From Felis catus (Eukaryota): a stretch of DNA of 64,000 nucleotides. The notes under the pieces were generated by a model. It saw nothing but the letters and a program-made list of their open reading frames with translations. It was not told the origin of the DNA and made no database searches. A program made the translations under genes and the position numbers. The DNA lies in contig NC_058373.1 of the NCBI RefSeq assembly GCF_018350175.1, positions 117,306,001 through 117,370,000 on the forward strand, in the 5' to 3' direction. The first letter of the stretch is position 1, and the number at the start of each line of letters is the position of its first letter. This document shows, piece by piece, positions 49,571 to 62,384 of this stretch.

Positions 49571-51624
49571 GTAATGTGGTAGATGGAAAGCGTCTATTTC
49601 CTCCATAAAAAAAGTAAAAATTCTTGAACTTCACTGATTGGGCCAGTTTTGATTTCATACCAACTTTGTACCCAATTACTTTAGCAAGAGAAATGCTGTG
49701 TGCTAATTGGTTTAGGCCAGTAAGATCCCTCCCTTAGAGATGGGGTCAATCCCATTAAACATACTTGTTTACAGATCCATGTGGTAGAGTGCTGACAAGA
49801 AGAAGAAAAGGAGGGTTAGATGTGAAGCAGGCACGTAAACGTGTCCACTCCGTCTCTCTTGTGGACATGCCATTAACATTTATTACTAATTACTCTCCTT
49901 CTGCTTTCATGATCACTGAGCAATCTGCTGGTTAGATTTGACTCCCATATCATACATATTAAAGTCACAGGCACTACTGATGTGAGCCTTGTTGTCTGAT
50001 GGCCAGTTTAGTTAATATATTTACAAAAAGATTCCTTGGTCTGAACTTAGTTAATGCGATTTCCCAGACCAGGGAATCCTCCAGATAAATGGTGCCTTAT
50101 GAGCCATCCTGGCATCCAGCCCACTTGCCTTCTGGGGAATACCCTCTGCTACACTTCTTAGCATCTACTTGAACTCTGGAAACTGTCATGAGTGCCATGA
50201 GTGTTACATTTTCCTTGTGAAAGGCCGTGGCAATAACACTTGCCACGTCTCCAGGAGAACCCGAGATACAGTGCAGTGTGAGACAGATGTAATTCGTATC
50301 TTTATAAAGTCAACATGATTCGAGAGCCTTCACTACCGTGAAATGGAATCACTTTGGTGAGTTGCAGTTAAGTCTAAGGGTTATGTGACCAATGCAACCA
50401 GGGTTATTACTTGTAGAAAGGGAGGGTGAAATTTGCAAAGAAGAAAAGTCAGATTGATTGTGTAACCCTTATGCCTGCTACCAGATACTCTGGCAAAAAA
50501 AAAAAAAAAAAATGTGGGCTATAGGTAACTGGTTGATATTTATTGATTGAAATAAGATATACATCTGATCAATAGAAGTATTACCAATAATAATAACTAG
50601 GATGGTGAGAGTTCTGGACTGGAGGAGAGGATCCCTAAGTGCTGATTTCGTTTACTGTGGGTGCAACTGAGAATAAATCCCCTCAGTTGAATGATCTTCA
50701 AGTTTCGTTTCTGCTCCAAAACTGAGTAATCATTATGATTAAATGTTTCCTGAGCAGTTTTACTTATCTCATTAATTTACTTAAAAAGGCCTTTCTCTAT
50801 ATCACAAAGACCAACTTTATTGTAGTTTTTTTGAACAAATTATAACAAATTTTATGTTTGTGGAATCCAAATTAATGAGGTTTAACTGCCTGCTAATTAC
50901 AACTCCTTAGAATTCTATAAAGACTTCCCCTTCAAGAGTTCAAATTTGTTGACAAAATTTTCTCATTAGTCTTCACTATGAGCTTGGGAAACAAATGATC
51001 AGTCTATCAAACATAAAAGGAAATATTCTGCGGTATTCTTCCCAGTTTTTCCTAGGGAAGGCAGTAACGGAACAACACAGAAACCTGGCTTCCGGTTTTA
51101 ACATCGTGCACACAACTCACTCTCTTAAGGAGATTCTTGTAATGATTTAAAACCCAACCAATATGTAGCAGTGGCGCTCAATTAGCAGATTCATTAGTTG
51201 TGTCTTGATCACACCTCTGATTGTCAACTCCATTAGACTGAATTAAAGTGTGCATTCATTATAGTCATTAGTCCCTGTCCCTGATAAGAAATCCGTGTTC
51301 AACTTCTAATGAGGGTGTTAAGTGATGTCTCTGATGAAAACACATACTGCTTGTGGTTCAGGGTGGTGTAGCCCATTTAAAAGCCATTTGTGCAGATACA
51401 GCCTGGGAAGTTCGGAACAACTGGGACAAGGTGATACCCCCCCCCCCCCAGTCTGGTAATAGAAAAGGACAATATAGAAGACCAGACCTTCAAGAGTCAG
51501 GAAGGAAGGTAGTTTATACCTGAGGGAAGGGGTAATTTCTTCAAGCCATCCAGATGGGGGATTTTGCAATGGAAAGCAGGGTTTCTATTTGGCCAGTACT
51601 ACTCCACATGGGGTGGGAAGACCA

Positions 51625-51780
51625 CCTACACCAGAATCATTTGGGAAGCTTATTAAGAAACAAAAAAGTCACCTCTTGGGCCACACTCTAAACCTCTGGG
51701 GTTAGGGCCCAGGAATCAATCCGTGTGGTTAATAAACCTTGCCGATTATTCTGGCCAAACTGAAGTTTGAGAAACACCAC
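51625..51780. mobile_element. MER5-like hAT MITE
   Basis: cagaatcatttgggaagcttattaag...gggcccaggaatc...aagtttgagaaacac. Confidence 0.6.
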
Positions 51781-51891
51781 AGAAGAAGATGCCTGCAAGA
51801 AGAGACAGAAAAGGAATTTAGATGTGGTAAAGACATCAGAGCATTTTGGGGAGCCATTTGACTTGGATTTATTATAGAAATATTTGCCCTT

Positions 51892-52106
51892 GGGGCGGCT
51901 GGGTGACTCATTCGGTTAAGCATCTGACTTCAGCTCAGGTCATGATCTCCCAGTTCGTTGGTTGGAGCCCCACATCAGGCACTGTGCTGACAGCTCAGAG
52001 CCTGGAGACTTCGTATTCTGTGTCTCCCTCTCTCTGGGCCCCTCCCCCACTCGTGCTCTGTCTCATTCTCTCTTTCTCCGAAGTGGATAAACATTAAAAA
52101 AAAAAA
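51892..52106 (+). mobile_element. Can-SINE
   Basis: ggggcggctgggtgactcattcggttaagcatctgacttcagctcagg head; tail expanded into a purine microsatellite. Confidence 0.93.
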
Positions 52107-52205
52107 GGAAAGGAGAGGAAAGGAAGAGGAAGGAAGGAAGGAAGGAAGGAAGGAAGGAAGGAAGGAAGGAAGGAAGGAAGGAAGGAAGGAAGGAAGAAAA
52201 GAGGA

Positions 52206-52253
<48 letters not shown>

Positions 52254-52258
52254 AAAAG
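52096..52258. repeat. Pure-purine compound microsatellite: A-run, (GGAA)17, (GAAA)13
   Basis: 163 nt without a pyrimidine, read directly. Confidence 0.95.
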
Positions 52259-52502
52259 TTTTGCCTCAAACAACTGAGGTAAATTTTTCAGAGGGCAGTG
52301 GTCCAGTTGCAACAGGTAACAAGAGAATGGATTTTTTTGGTCCTTTAGAGGTTTTGGGTTTTCTTTTCCTGTTCTTTGTGGTCTTGTTTAGTAATGGGTG
52401 TTTCACTTGGCTACATAAAATAATTTTTGTGTATTTTATTATACATATAAGAAACATGGATGTGCTGAAATTTTTTTCTCCTGCTTGCGAAAAGTTGCAC
52501 AC

Positions 52503-52680
52503 CAGTGATTCCTGACACTTTCTAAGGTACTTTATCCTTTGGGAATCTGAGGAAAAACATGGATTCTGATTTCCACAAGTCATATGTGTACATAAACGCA
52601 TAACGTTTTATATTTAATCTCTGGGGCAATTCATAGGCCTTCCCTGATCTGATCCATGGAGGCCCGATTAAGAACCTCTG
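52503..52680. mobile_element. Old hAT-Charlie MITE
   Basis: cagtgattcctgac...ctttgggaatctgagg...attaagaacctctg terminal motifs. Confidence 0.55.
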
Positions 52681-54044
52681 ACCTATAAGTCTTCCACAAG
52701 TTGCTCTATAAACTCAAGTAGCCACACCTATCGCACAACTAAAGTAGGGAGGAAAAGGGCATGGTTTGTGTGGAACAAATGGCTGATAGCAAGCCTGAGG
52801 AATTCAGCATCCCTCAAGGCCTTGACCCAGACCTTCAAATCTGTCAGAATTGCCACAAAAAGTATTTGCTTCCCCTTAATATTAGAGGTTTACCCATCTT
52901 GGGCGGCAAGTCTCGGATTTCCCCCCTATTGGTTCATTAGGACCTGGTGGGAATCATAATTAAAGGCAGGCTCACTGCGTTTTCTTCTCTCCACTGATAA
53001 CATTAAGCTCTATATTGGTCAGGTTGAGGCTCTATATTTATATTTCCACAATAAACAAAGATGCTATTTTCTAACACCTGGACTCTGTACTCTTAGAGTT
53101 TAGGCTTCTGTGGAAGTAGGTCCATTATGAATTAGATTTTTTTAAACTGTTGACTTTGGAAAAAAGAAAAATATTCTGTAACACCGCTATCAAAAACACC
53201 TAATATTAATCATTTAGAGTGCATTCCTCTAGCATACATTTTATACTTTTTTGCTGAAATAGGATCATACTAAATGTAATCAAATCTGATCTCTTTACTT
53301 AATAGATCTTAAATATCTATATCAGTAAAATACATCCATTTTGTCATGTTTATTGGTGGCTGGCATGCGTATACTTCACTTAACTAAGTGCCCATGAATG
53401 GATCCTTAGGCTCATTCCCTACGTTTGATTTTCTAATGTCGTTCTGTGCTTACGGCCATTAGCATTTGGGATTCTTGCTGCTGTCATGACCAATCTTAAG
53501 GTCTCTGAAAAAAACAAGTGCTTTGTAGAGTTCAGTTTTCTCGCTTAAAAGCAAATTCCTCAGAGTCAAGGGTGTTTGGATGTAATTTTCACTTTATTCT
53601 GGGAAACTAAGAATAAATAAAAACCCAAATCTATAACCAAGGCCCACCCACCTCGAGAAAGTAATCAGCCTCCGTCTCTGAAATTTCAAAGGAAAGCTAA
53701 CTGGAGGTGCCACCAAAATCATTTTTAATTAGGCAGTTAGCAGTTCCTAAAGCAAGTTATAAGTTGGTCTTCAAAACCAATGTTTTTAAAGAAAGGGCCG
53801 TTTTAATTGGTATATTCTTGTTTAGCATCTTATATCAGATGGTAGTTTTAGAATTTAGATTATATCAAAGTATACCAGACTAAGAATATGATTTCTTCTG
53901 TCTTCTAACTAGCTGAATGATGGCACGTAACTGGGTATATCTGTGTGGGTCTCTGGGCAAAAAGAGACACTTTTCTACTGCCTATGGCTTGATGATCATG
54001 TTTGGGGACCCTAGAGCTGCCACTTTATCATAAGCCCTATAAAG

Positions 54045-54212
54045 CCTCACCACCAAAATGCGGTCTATGGGCCAGTGGCATGAGCATCACCTGGGATATT
54101 GTTAGAGGAGTAGAACCGTGGATTCACTCACACCTCCTGAATCAAAATCTTGATACTATATTAGCAAGATCCCCAGTTAATTTTTATACGCTTTAAAGTT
54201 TGAGAATTACTG
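54045..54212. mobile_element. MER5A
   Basis: gcatcacctgggatattgttag...cctcctgaatcaaaatct...aaagtttgagaattactg. Confidence 0.8.
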
Positions 54213-55794
54213 CTGGACAGGACGCCCAAAAAGCAGGACACCCTTCATCTATTGCCCCCCATTAGGCATACAGCATTTCTTTCAAAGGAATTGATCCTTG
54301 CAATAGTGTTTGTAAAGGGACCGAAAATAGGAAGATGTTGTGTGTGCCTTAATATTAGAATGCACGTGTTCGATCAGATTTCACAGAAAGGGAAATTTAC
54401 ATATAGTGAACCTTATTTCTCTTTTTTATTTTCATAATAAAATTAGATGCCTGCAGATTAGAAAACTATCCCAGTATATGTAACGTTAGAATAAAAGCAA
54501 AGAGCAGGGGAAGGTGGTCAGCACCATTTGGGTGATGGTGATCGTAAAGGTTTGGGAGCCTCCTCCCAGCACTAGCCGTTCGAGGAAACTATTCATTAGC
54601 ACCAACTGTGTTCCAGGCACTTGACTGGGGACGGGGGAAAAGAAGTTCATGCACCAAAACGCACAAAAACAAAAGTGTCCAGAGATTAGAGAGGGCACCT
54701 AATTTTGTATGAGCGTGCCAGGAAAACTTAACAACGGAAGGGGCACTTGAACTGAATCTTGCGGGATAATCTTTCCCAGGAGGAAAGAACGCATCAAATA
54801 CCAGGAAGAATTAATATAAATACACAAGGACTGGCTTGCCATGTTAGCAAATGCTTTTATCATCTTGGTAGTAGGGAGCCACTGGGGGATTTTAGTCAGA
54901 AGTGTGAGCTGATAAAATGGTTTTTGAGAAAGATTAAGTCTGGTGTTTAGAAGAAACAGAGTGAGGTGAGGTCAGAGCAGGGAAGCTCAACAAAGATGTT
55001 GTTGCAACCCTGTGAGTGGTAGAAGGATGAGCTTGAACAAAGGCAGTGAATGTGGCAGTAGTTGTGGGAGGATTGAGTTCAGCCAGGTGTGAGAAGTGAG
55101 ACTGGTAGGATTAGGAACAGAGCAAAGAGGATAGGCAGAGTAAAAGGACAAGACAGACTGAAGACTCTAGATGGGGCCATTAAATTAAGATGGAAATATC
55201 AGGTGTTTTTCTGCCCTTTCCACGTTTCTCCCATTACAATTCCTCCTTGTTTGCATGTCCCCCGCTGCGTGAGGTCATTGTAGATACCTTTGTAGAAAAC
55301 AATACAAATACCCCTAACCCAGTTTCCCCCAATGGTAACATCTTGGGAAAGTAGAGTGAAACAAGCTCTTCTCAACATTTTATGATCTACCAGCAGTTCT
55401 GAGTTAAAACATCCATATACTTTAATGCCGATTCTTAAATAGTTCCCACTCCTTGTTCCCATCCCCTCCCCCATCCAATGGCTCTAATTGCCAGCCCCTG
55501 TCCCCTTTCTTCTCTGGTGGAGCAGATCTTGACTTTGGTGTGGAAAATCATGTCACTGGTGGTCACTAGGTGTCCGGTGTCCATCTGATTCCCTCAAGCC
55601 TGGAGATGTTCACTGAAGGCTGGTGGCCCCACAGAGTCACCCTCCAGTGTCTGCTTGTAGGGACTGAAGATTCAGCAGTGCTCTTTACTACATTGTTAAA
55701 CATGTGACATGTCATTGATTCTTGCCCTAGCTCTCCCCAGATGACTGAGAGTCTTTAGGTTTCTAGTTTGAAATTTCTGGAAAATCTGTTCCTA

Positions 55795-56330
55795 AAGTAA
55801 TCAAGACTTTGGTATGCAAGTGACAGATGCCCAGATTAAATTAATTTAAGAATCCTAAGTGTATTGGCCCACTGGGAAGTCCAGGGATAGAGCCCCGCTC
55901 AGAGATTTCAGAGACTCAAACAATAGGATCAAGACTCTCTTTCCTCCCTTTTGCCCATCTGTTGACCTATGCTCTTCATGGTATGCTTTATATGGCCATT
56001 CATAGATCTGAACTCATGTCCTTACAACTCAGAGTGATGACTAAGAAATAAGACTTGGCCCTCCACCATTCAGTACAAAACCCCACTGGGAAGGGCTCTG
56101 TTTGGCCCAGTTCGCATCCTATGCCAATCTCATAGGCCAATCACTTGTTCAGGGACTTGTAGAATATTACGAAGGACTCAACCTGAGCTACTTATCATCT
56201 GATGGTCCTGGAATTGGAGTATCAAGTTAGCAACCTTGACAGAGCCAAATGGAAAGGGAGAAACGATTCTTCCAAAAGAGGGAAATAGCATTTTCTAGTC
56301 TACCAAAGTAGACAATTGATGTCTAGTATA
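55795..56330 (-). mobile_element. Old MaLR LTR (MLT1K/L/N-like)
   Basis: aatcaagactttggtatgcaagtgacaga...gggaagggctctgtttggcccagtt...ggccaatcac. Confidence 0.55.
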
Positions 56331-56640
56331 GTTTCATTTGGATTGGTCATCCCTTCCTGTGGTGAGGAGAGAAGTTATGTCACACAGTACCTGTGGATGT
56401 CCCTTCGAGAGAAAAAAAGGCTGCAAGCAGAGAGACTTTTATACATGTGAGGTTAGAATTTGAAGCTCAGACCTAATAGCCTTAATTGTCTTTGTGAAGT
56501 AAAAAATAAAATCAGCTTTACGAGAGAGTAGGACAGAGTGGGGAGCTAGAGGAACTAATTGAGGGATGAGAAGTGTGGGTGACCAGCGATGATAAAAAGA
56601 GCTGCTAAGAGAGAGTGGAGGCCCAATGAAGATTGGAAAT

Positions 56641-56680
56641 TCTATTAGGGTTCTCCAGAGAAACAGAACCAATAGGGTAG

Positions 56681-56730
<50 letters not shown>

Positions 56731-57335
56731 AAGAGATTTATTTCAAGGAGAGGGCCTATGCAGCTGTGGAAACTGGTATATCTGAAATCTGTAGGACAGG
56801 CCTATAGTATAAAAACTTACAGGGGCGCCTGGGTGGCTCAGTCGGTTAAGCGTCCGACTTCGGCTCAGGTCACGATCTCGCGGTCCACGAGTTCGAGCCC
56901 CGCATCGGGCTCTGGGCTGATGGCTCAGAGCCTGGAGCCTGCTTCCGATTCTGTGTTTCCCTCTCTCTCTGCCCCTCCCCCGTTCATGCTGTGTCTCTCT
57001 CTGTCTCAAAAATAAATAAACATTAAAAAAAAAATTAAAAACAAACAAACAAACAAAAATAAAACACCAAAACTTCCAGACAGGAATCAATGTTAGTCTT
57101 AGGGCCGATTTTCTTCCTCCTCAGAAAAACCTCAGTTTTGCCTTTAAACCTTCCTGCTGATTGGATGAGGCCCACGAACATTATGGAGAAAAAGCTCCTT
57201 TACTTAAAGTCAACGGATTACGGATGTTAACCACATCGGCAAAATACCATCACAGCCACACCTAGGTTAGTATTTGATTAAATAACCGGCTGCCGGAGCC
57301 TACCCGAGCTGACATGTAAAACCATGCGTCCCACA
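56641..57335 (-). mobile_element. MLT2 (ERVL) solo LTR containing (GT)21 and a nested SINE
   Basis: tattagggttctccagagaaacagaaccaatagg...gattggatgaggcccac...cacctaggttagtatttgattaaataac. Confidence 0.88.
56822..57066 (+). mobile_element. Young feline Can-SINE (SINEC_Fc)
   Basis: Near-consensus CpG-rich copy; (AAAC)n tail; TSD aaaactt(a/c)cag. Confidence 0.97.
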
Positions 57336-57789
57336 GAGACCATAAACTCTAGGGACCAATCTGCATTTTCGTCCCCTCCTCAGTCCAACAGAGCTAAGTA
57401 TCGAGCAGGCAGGAGCAGAGAAAATGAACTGCTACACTCATAAAGATGGAGGGGATTTTCAGGGTGGGGACACTGGAGGCCGAGGGGAGACGTGAGGGAA
57501 ACTGCCGCTAAAGACTAGATGAGCATTGTCCCTCCAGTCCAGGCTGGACTGAGAAATCCGTTCCCCAGCTGTAAAGCGGAAATTATGGGAATATCAACCA
57601 CATAGGTTAAAATAAATAATGCACGAAAAATACTTCTGTTGGGCACCGAACTAAGCACCACATTAATTTTCAGTTGTCATCATTGTTGTGGTTTCATTTA
57701 ACTGTCAAGGAATTGACAGCTTCCATAAAGTCAAAGAGTAGGTTTGGTGGAAGTAAGGATGTGAGGTAGGCGTGGGATATTGGAGTTTC

Positions 57790-58430
57790 TTTATTCATCC
57801 AATAATTACTGAATAAGTACCATTTATGAGCCAGGCACTGTTTGGAGGTGCTGTTGATGAACAGAAGTCACTGCCCTCATGTGGTTTATGTTCTATTGGC
57901 GGCAGGCGGCATCAGGTAATAAGCAAATAACTTCAAAAAAACCAAGCAGCAATCAGCCCCATGGTAAAAGTGCTGGGAAGAAAAGTAGAGTTGAGTTAGG
58001 CAATAGAAGATGGGGCCAGGAGGGCTGGGGTGGGATGATAGAGTCAGAAGGAAGGCCTTCTGATAAATTGACATTTACATAGGAACCTGAAAGAATGTGG
58101 GGAGAAAGTATTCCAGGAAAATACAGTGGTGGTGCAAATGGCCTGAGGCAGGAGCCTGTTCTTCCCTGGAGGAGAATGGTAGGAGTTGAACTCAAGCTGG
58201 TGGCAAGGGGCCAGATGAGGTTGTGCGGTCGGTTATTATAAATTCTCTGGAGTTTATCCTCGGCCAATCCAATGGAGAGTTTTGAGCAGCGAAGTAACAC
58301 GATCTGAGTTACCTCTCATGAGAGTCCTTTTGGAGACAACATGAGGAATTCACAAAAGGAAGACAAAGGTAGAAGAAAAAGACCAGTAGGGAAGATCTTT
58401 CCATAATCCAAGCAAGAAGAATGTGTGATT
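57790..58430 (-). mobile_element. L2 fragment
   Basis: ttattcatccaataattactgaata...gccaggcactgttt...ggaaggccttctgataa...tgcaaatggcctgaggcagga. Confidence 0.8.
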
Positions 58431-60329
58431 TGAAAGCATTATTAGGCATTAACAAGGCCAAGGTATGGCTATGGGAATGCATTGCCAGAGTGGCCTGTTG
58501 GCAAGGATCAAGGTGGTCCCGGAACCCAGAACAGCATTTCTGGGGGAGGTTTCTACACCGACATGAACTTGTTCAAGATGGCACAGGATAGGGTAGGATT
58601 AGGGGTAGGAAGAAGGACTGTGATTTAGGCTCTGAAGTCCTTCATGAGTGAGGGACTTATGAGTAAGAAGGTGGTAGGGGACAGCTGTAAAAGGGTATGA
58701 AAAGGATTTAGATTGATGTCAGGATCCCGCCTCAGGGCCTTTGCACTCACTGCTGTTTTTCCTTGGAACATTCTCTTCCTAGTATCTGTACAACACATTC
58801 TCTTCCTTTCTCCATTCAGTTTTCTATTTAAGTAGACTGGAGGACTGTGGGTCAGGAAATAGTATAGTAAGAACTAAGACAACTATCTTGCCTCTGCCCC
58901 TACATCACCTGGAAAGCAGGAGAATGGGCGGCTTCCACCTGAGAGGTCTGACATGGAAGTCGTGTCCATAGGGAAGAGGCACGTCTGGGTTGAGGCCCAA
59001 AGGGGGAGGAACTGTCCTGAGAAAGGGGTAAGAATGCCGAGGACTTTGACCATGAACCAAGAGACTGAGCAGGCACAGTGGGGAAAGTCGTGCCTCAGGG
59101 AGGTCAGTCGAGGAGGAAAGGACCAAATGGGGAGGGAGTGCAGAGAGGCCTGGAAGGAACAACTTGCTGGCGTGAGACTGAGGAGACCAGACATGGTAAC
59201 AGAACTTACAGGTCCTGGCAAGCCTAAGCCAGACGCTTCCTGGGACACCAAACAGAGTATAGGTGCCCGTGAGCTGTGAGTGGGTGTGGTCCGCGGGGTG
59301 TGAGGAGTAACTAGGTGGCTCACAGGATGCTTCCCTCCTGAATGAGCCGTCGCCTAGAAGGGTGTGAAGGTGTGAATCCAAACCAGATAGAACTGGCAGA
59401 GAGAGATCGGGTCGAAGAGGTGTCTGTCCACAGAAGTCAGATTCTTCAGACTATCACACTTCAGGGGCCAGACCTTTCCGTTTTCAATGTAGGCATCTCT
59501 GCCCTGGATTTGCAGAGGAATGAGTCCCCTCTCACTGAAGGTGTCAAAGCAGTAAAGTAGACAACTACTTGGAAGACATGTAGATAATGGGGGCTCAAGC
59601 GGATAACCTTTATTTTCCACTTGACCTTGAACATATGTGGTCTCCTGGCTTGCAAATGCCACCTCGATATTTTCTTCCGGTGGGATAGAGTGCAGTCATT
59701 TCACAGGGAGGTACATTATTTATGGAATGCGGGGCTTGTAGAACTTTAAAACTGTTTATAAGCGTGGAAACGGTATGAAAAATGAACGGAGATCAACTTT
59801 CACAACTTCTGCATGTGACTTGTCCCTTAAGTTCAGATCCACATCAGAGGATCCAGGTTGATCCTTGTGTTCTTGCCATTACCACGATGCTTACAATACT
59901 ATTTTCAGTAAGCTGTTTTTCAGTGCGTGTTTGGCAAAGCCGGTTTTGTGCTAACCTTCAGTGAGAGTGGGGGGACAGCATGGTGCCTACCTCTGTGGCT
60001 TCACAGGTTGTAAAGGGACAAAGTAGAAGGCTTGCATGAGACACACGGAAGATAAAGGCATATACCAGGGGCACCGTGTCAAGATCATATCTGCCTATGG
60101 TATGAGCATCAGCTAAACTACGCTCTCTGGAGGACAAGCCCTGTCTCCAGACCATGGCTTTCTGCGGTGATGGTGTGGAGAGCGCGGTGGCTGGCAGTCC
60201 GTGGTACAGGGAGATTCCAACCACAACATTCGGGAGTGGTGGCTGTGCTTAGGGTTGGTTAAGGGGATGGAGAGGCATGGCTGTGGGAGGGTTGACAGCC
60301 AAGTTCACTGCCTAAAGATGTGAGAGCTA

Positions 60330-60585
60330 AATCCTTATAGCGCTTTATGGCTTATGTCTTTTATTAAGTACCTACTATGCTCCACATTCTCACAAGCACT
60401 TAGCACACATTGCCTGTAATTTTTCCAGTCATTCCATTCCAGTTCTCCCACTCTGAGGAAGGCAAACAGTTAAGACAGGCTGGCCCCCTGACGAGACCCG
60501 ACACAATGACCCGATCTCAGAGGGGTCACCATTTTCCAAGATCTGGATCTCAGCTGTGTAGGTTCGAATTCGGATTGTATAACCA
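60330..60585 (-). mobile_element. MIR
   Basis: tttattaagtacctactatg...ctgaggaaggcaaac...gatctcagaggggtcacc. Confidence 0.5.
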
Positions 60586-61299
60586 GGAGTAAATGAGGGT
60601 CTAGGAGACATGCACTCTCCTGACTCCTAAGGGACTGATGTATAAAAACAGGAACGCCAGCCAGTTATCTCGCAGTCATTATTCTGTGAACCAGATACAT
60701 GTATTCTTTGATCAGGGCCGTCTCTTTGAGGGCAACGATGAGAACATAATTTGGGATCATCCGGTTACTTATGCGTTGAAGCAGAGCAGGCTGGATGAGG
60801 TAGAGGATCTTACTGGCTGGGTCACAGACCTGTGAGAGTCTAGGCTCTGCTGCTGCCCTGCCTGCTGTGAGGCTGGATGCCACGGGGCTGGGTGGGGGAC
60901 CCCAATGGCCCTAGCCTCTCTCGTTCAGCTTGCAGTGACTCCAACACTGACAGTCACCCGATTGGGCTGCTGTGTCCTTTCTTTAGATGTTCAATGCCAG
61001 GCCTTCAATCAAGTTGTAGTCTCACTTTGAGAGTAAGTTTCCCTTTCTGTGTTGTCTTTGCATATCACTGTTTCAATCCATCATTTCTGTCTTTTGACTG
61101 TACGTTCTTCAGGGAAATCTTATCATTCCATTTCCAAATTTGGGGAGAAGGGTATGAAAAAAAATGGGGAGGTGCTGTGTGGTCAATCCCATCTCCCAAT
61201 GAGAGAGGATATCAATCTCCCCATTTTACTTGAATAAATGGGGTCACACTGCCACTTGATTTTTTACCCAAGCTCCTGTTACCATCCAACCTAGTATTC

Positions 61300-61435
61300 A
61301 CTCAGCTGTTGTTTGTTGTTGACTTCTCTCATTAGGATGTAAGCTTTGGGAGAGCAGGGTCTTTATTTTATTCACTACCGTATCCCCAGCACCTGAGACA
61401 GGTGCAGCATATATGTACATTGGATGGATGAGTGA
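61300..61435 (+). mobile_element. L2 3' end
   Basis: ggatgtaagctttgggagagcagggtcttt...ttcactaccgtatccccagcacctgagacag. Confidence 0.75.
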
Positions 61436-62384
61436 TCACACACTCGGTCCTAGGTCTATCAGGCTCCCACGCCCAGACTCAGTTTGGTGAGGCCAAGGAA
61501 CAGAGGGAAACCTGACGGTGTCTGGGCCCAAATGAAAATCAAGTGAAGATTCAGGGCATTTCTGGGGGGATGTGCGTCCCTCTCTCTTCTTAAAGAACCA
61601 GGCTGGCTGAGTGGAGACCGAAGCTGGTGACATAGCAACACAAGAATGTTGAAGGCCTTTCTCTGTGTGATTGAAATAACCTTGACGCTACAGAAGGAAG
61701 CAACTTGTCCTGCTCTTACTATTTTTATAAATGGAACCCTGGAACCAGATGAATCATTTGTAATTTTTCCGTTATCACTTTTCTTTCATGCATCATCATG
61801 TGTAGGCTCACCTCCAAAGGACACACCATTTACCTGGTAGCAGGCCCCTGCATGTCAGACCTTAATATCTAAAAGAAAATAAACCAGCTTAGAGTTGCCT
61901 TTTTGCAATCCCAAACCCAAAATGTGGTTATATGGCCCCACTGTAGTCTGCTAATTTGCTAGCTGTTAACAGATGGTTGATGGACATCCATACTATTCTG
62001 CATATTTTATTCTGTGAATAACCAACACAGTCTTAACTTATGTGCCCCCGTAGTGCATATCACAGGCACCTCTGAGACAGAGATACATACATTCTGGAAA
62101 TCGTCCTATGTGTATTGTGTTAGAAAGTGGAATTCTTTTCTCTGAGCCTTCTTCAAGGCCATTAAAACAAGATCTTGTTCCAAATCAAATGGAGCTACTT
62201 ACTGTGAGAGGATTTTGTACCTTCTTCAATAATTAAAGAAAGCGAGCAAGATTTATAGACAATGCAGTTTACATGATGCATTGAAAAATGCGTACTCCCA
62301 GCAGCTGTGTTTATCACACGTTCCTTTTCTTAATATCTCCAAATTACACAGCAAAATGAAAGGGAGGGGAGAGTGGTCAGGGGC

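Noticed and set aside
52063..52312. FLPS/FLSF repeat ORFs (also THTH/CVCV ORFs at 5.2, 32.2 and 56.6 kb)
   Set aside because: These are microsatellite translations.
58883..59662. Cluster of overlapping ORFs of 64-158 aa
   Set aside because: No homology I recognise, low-information S/P/L-rich peptides and no convincing exon structure.
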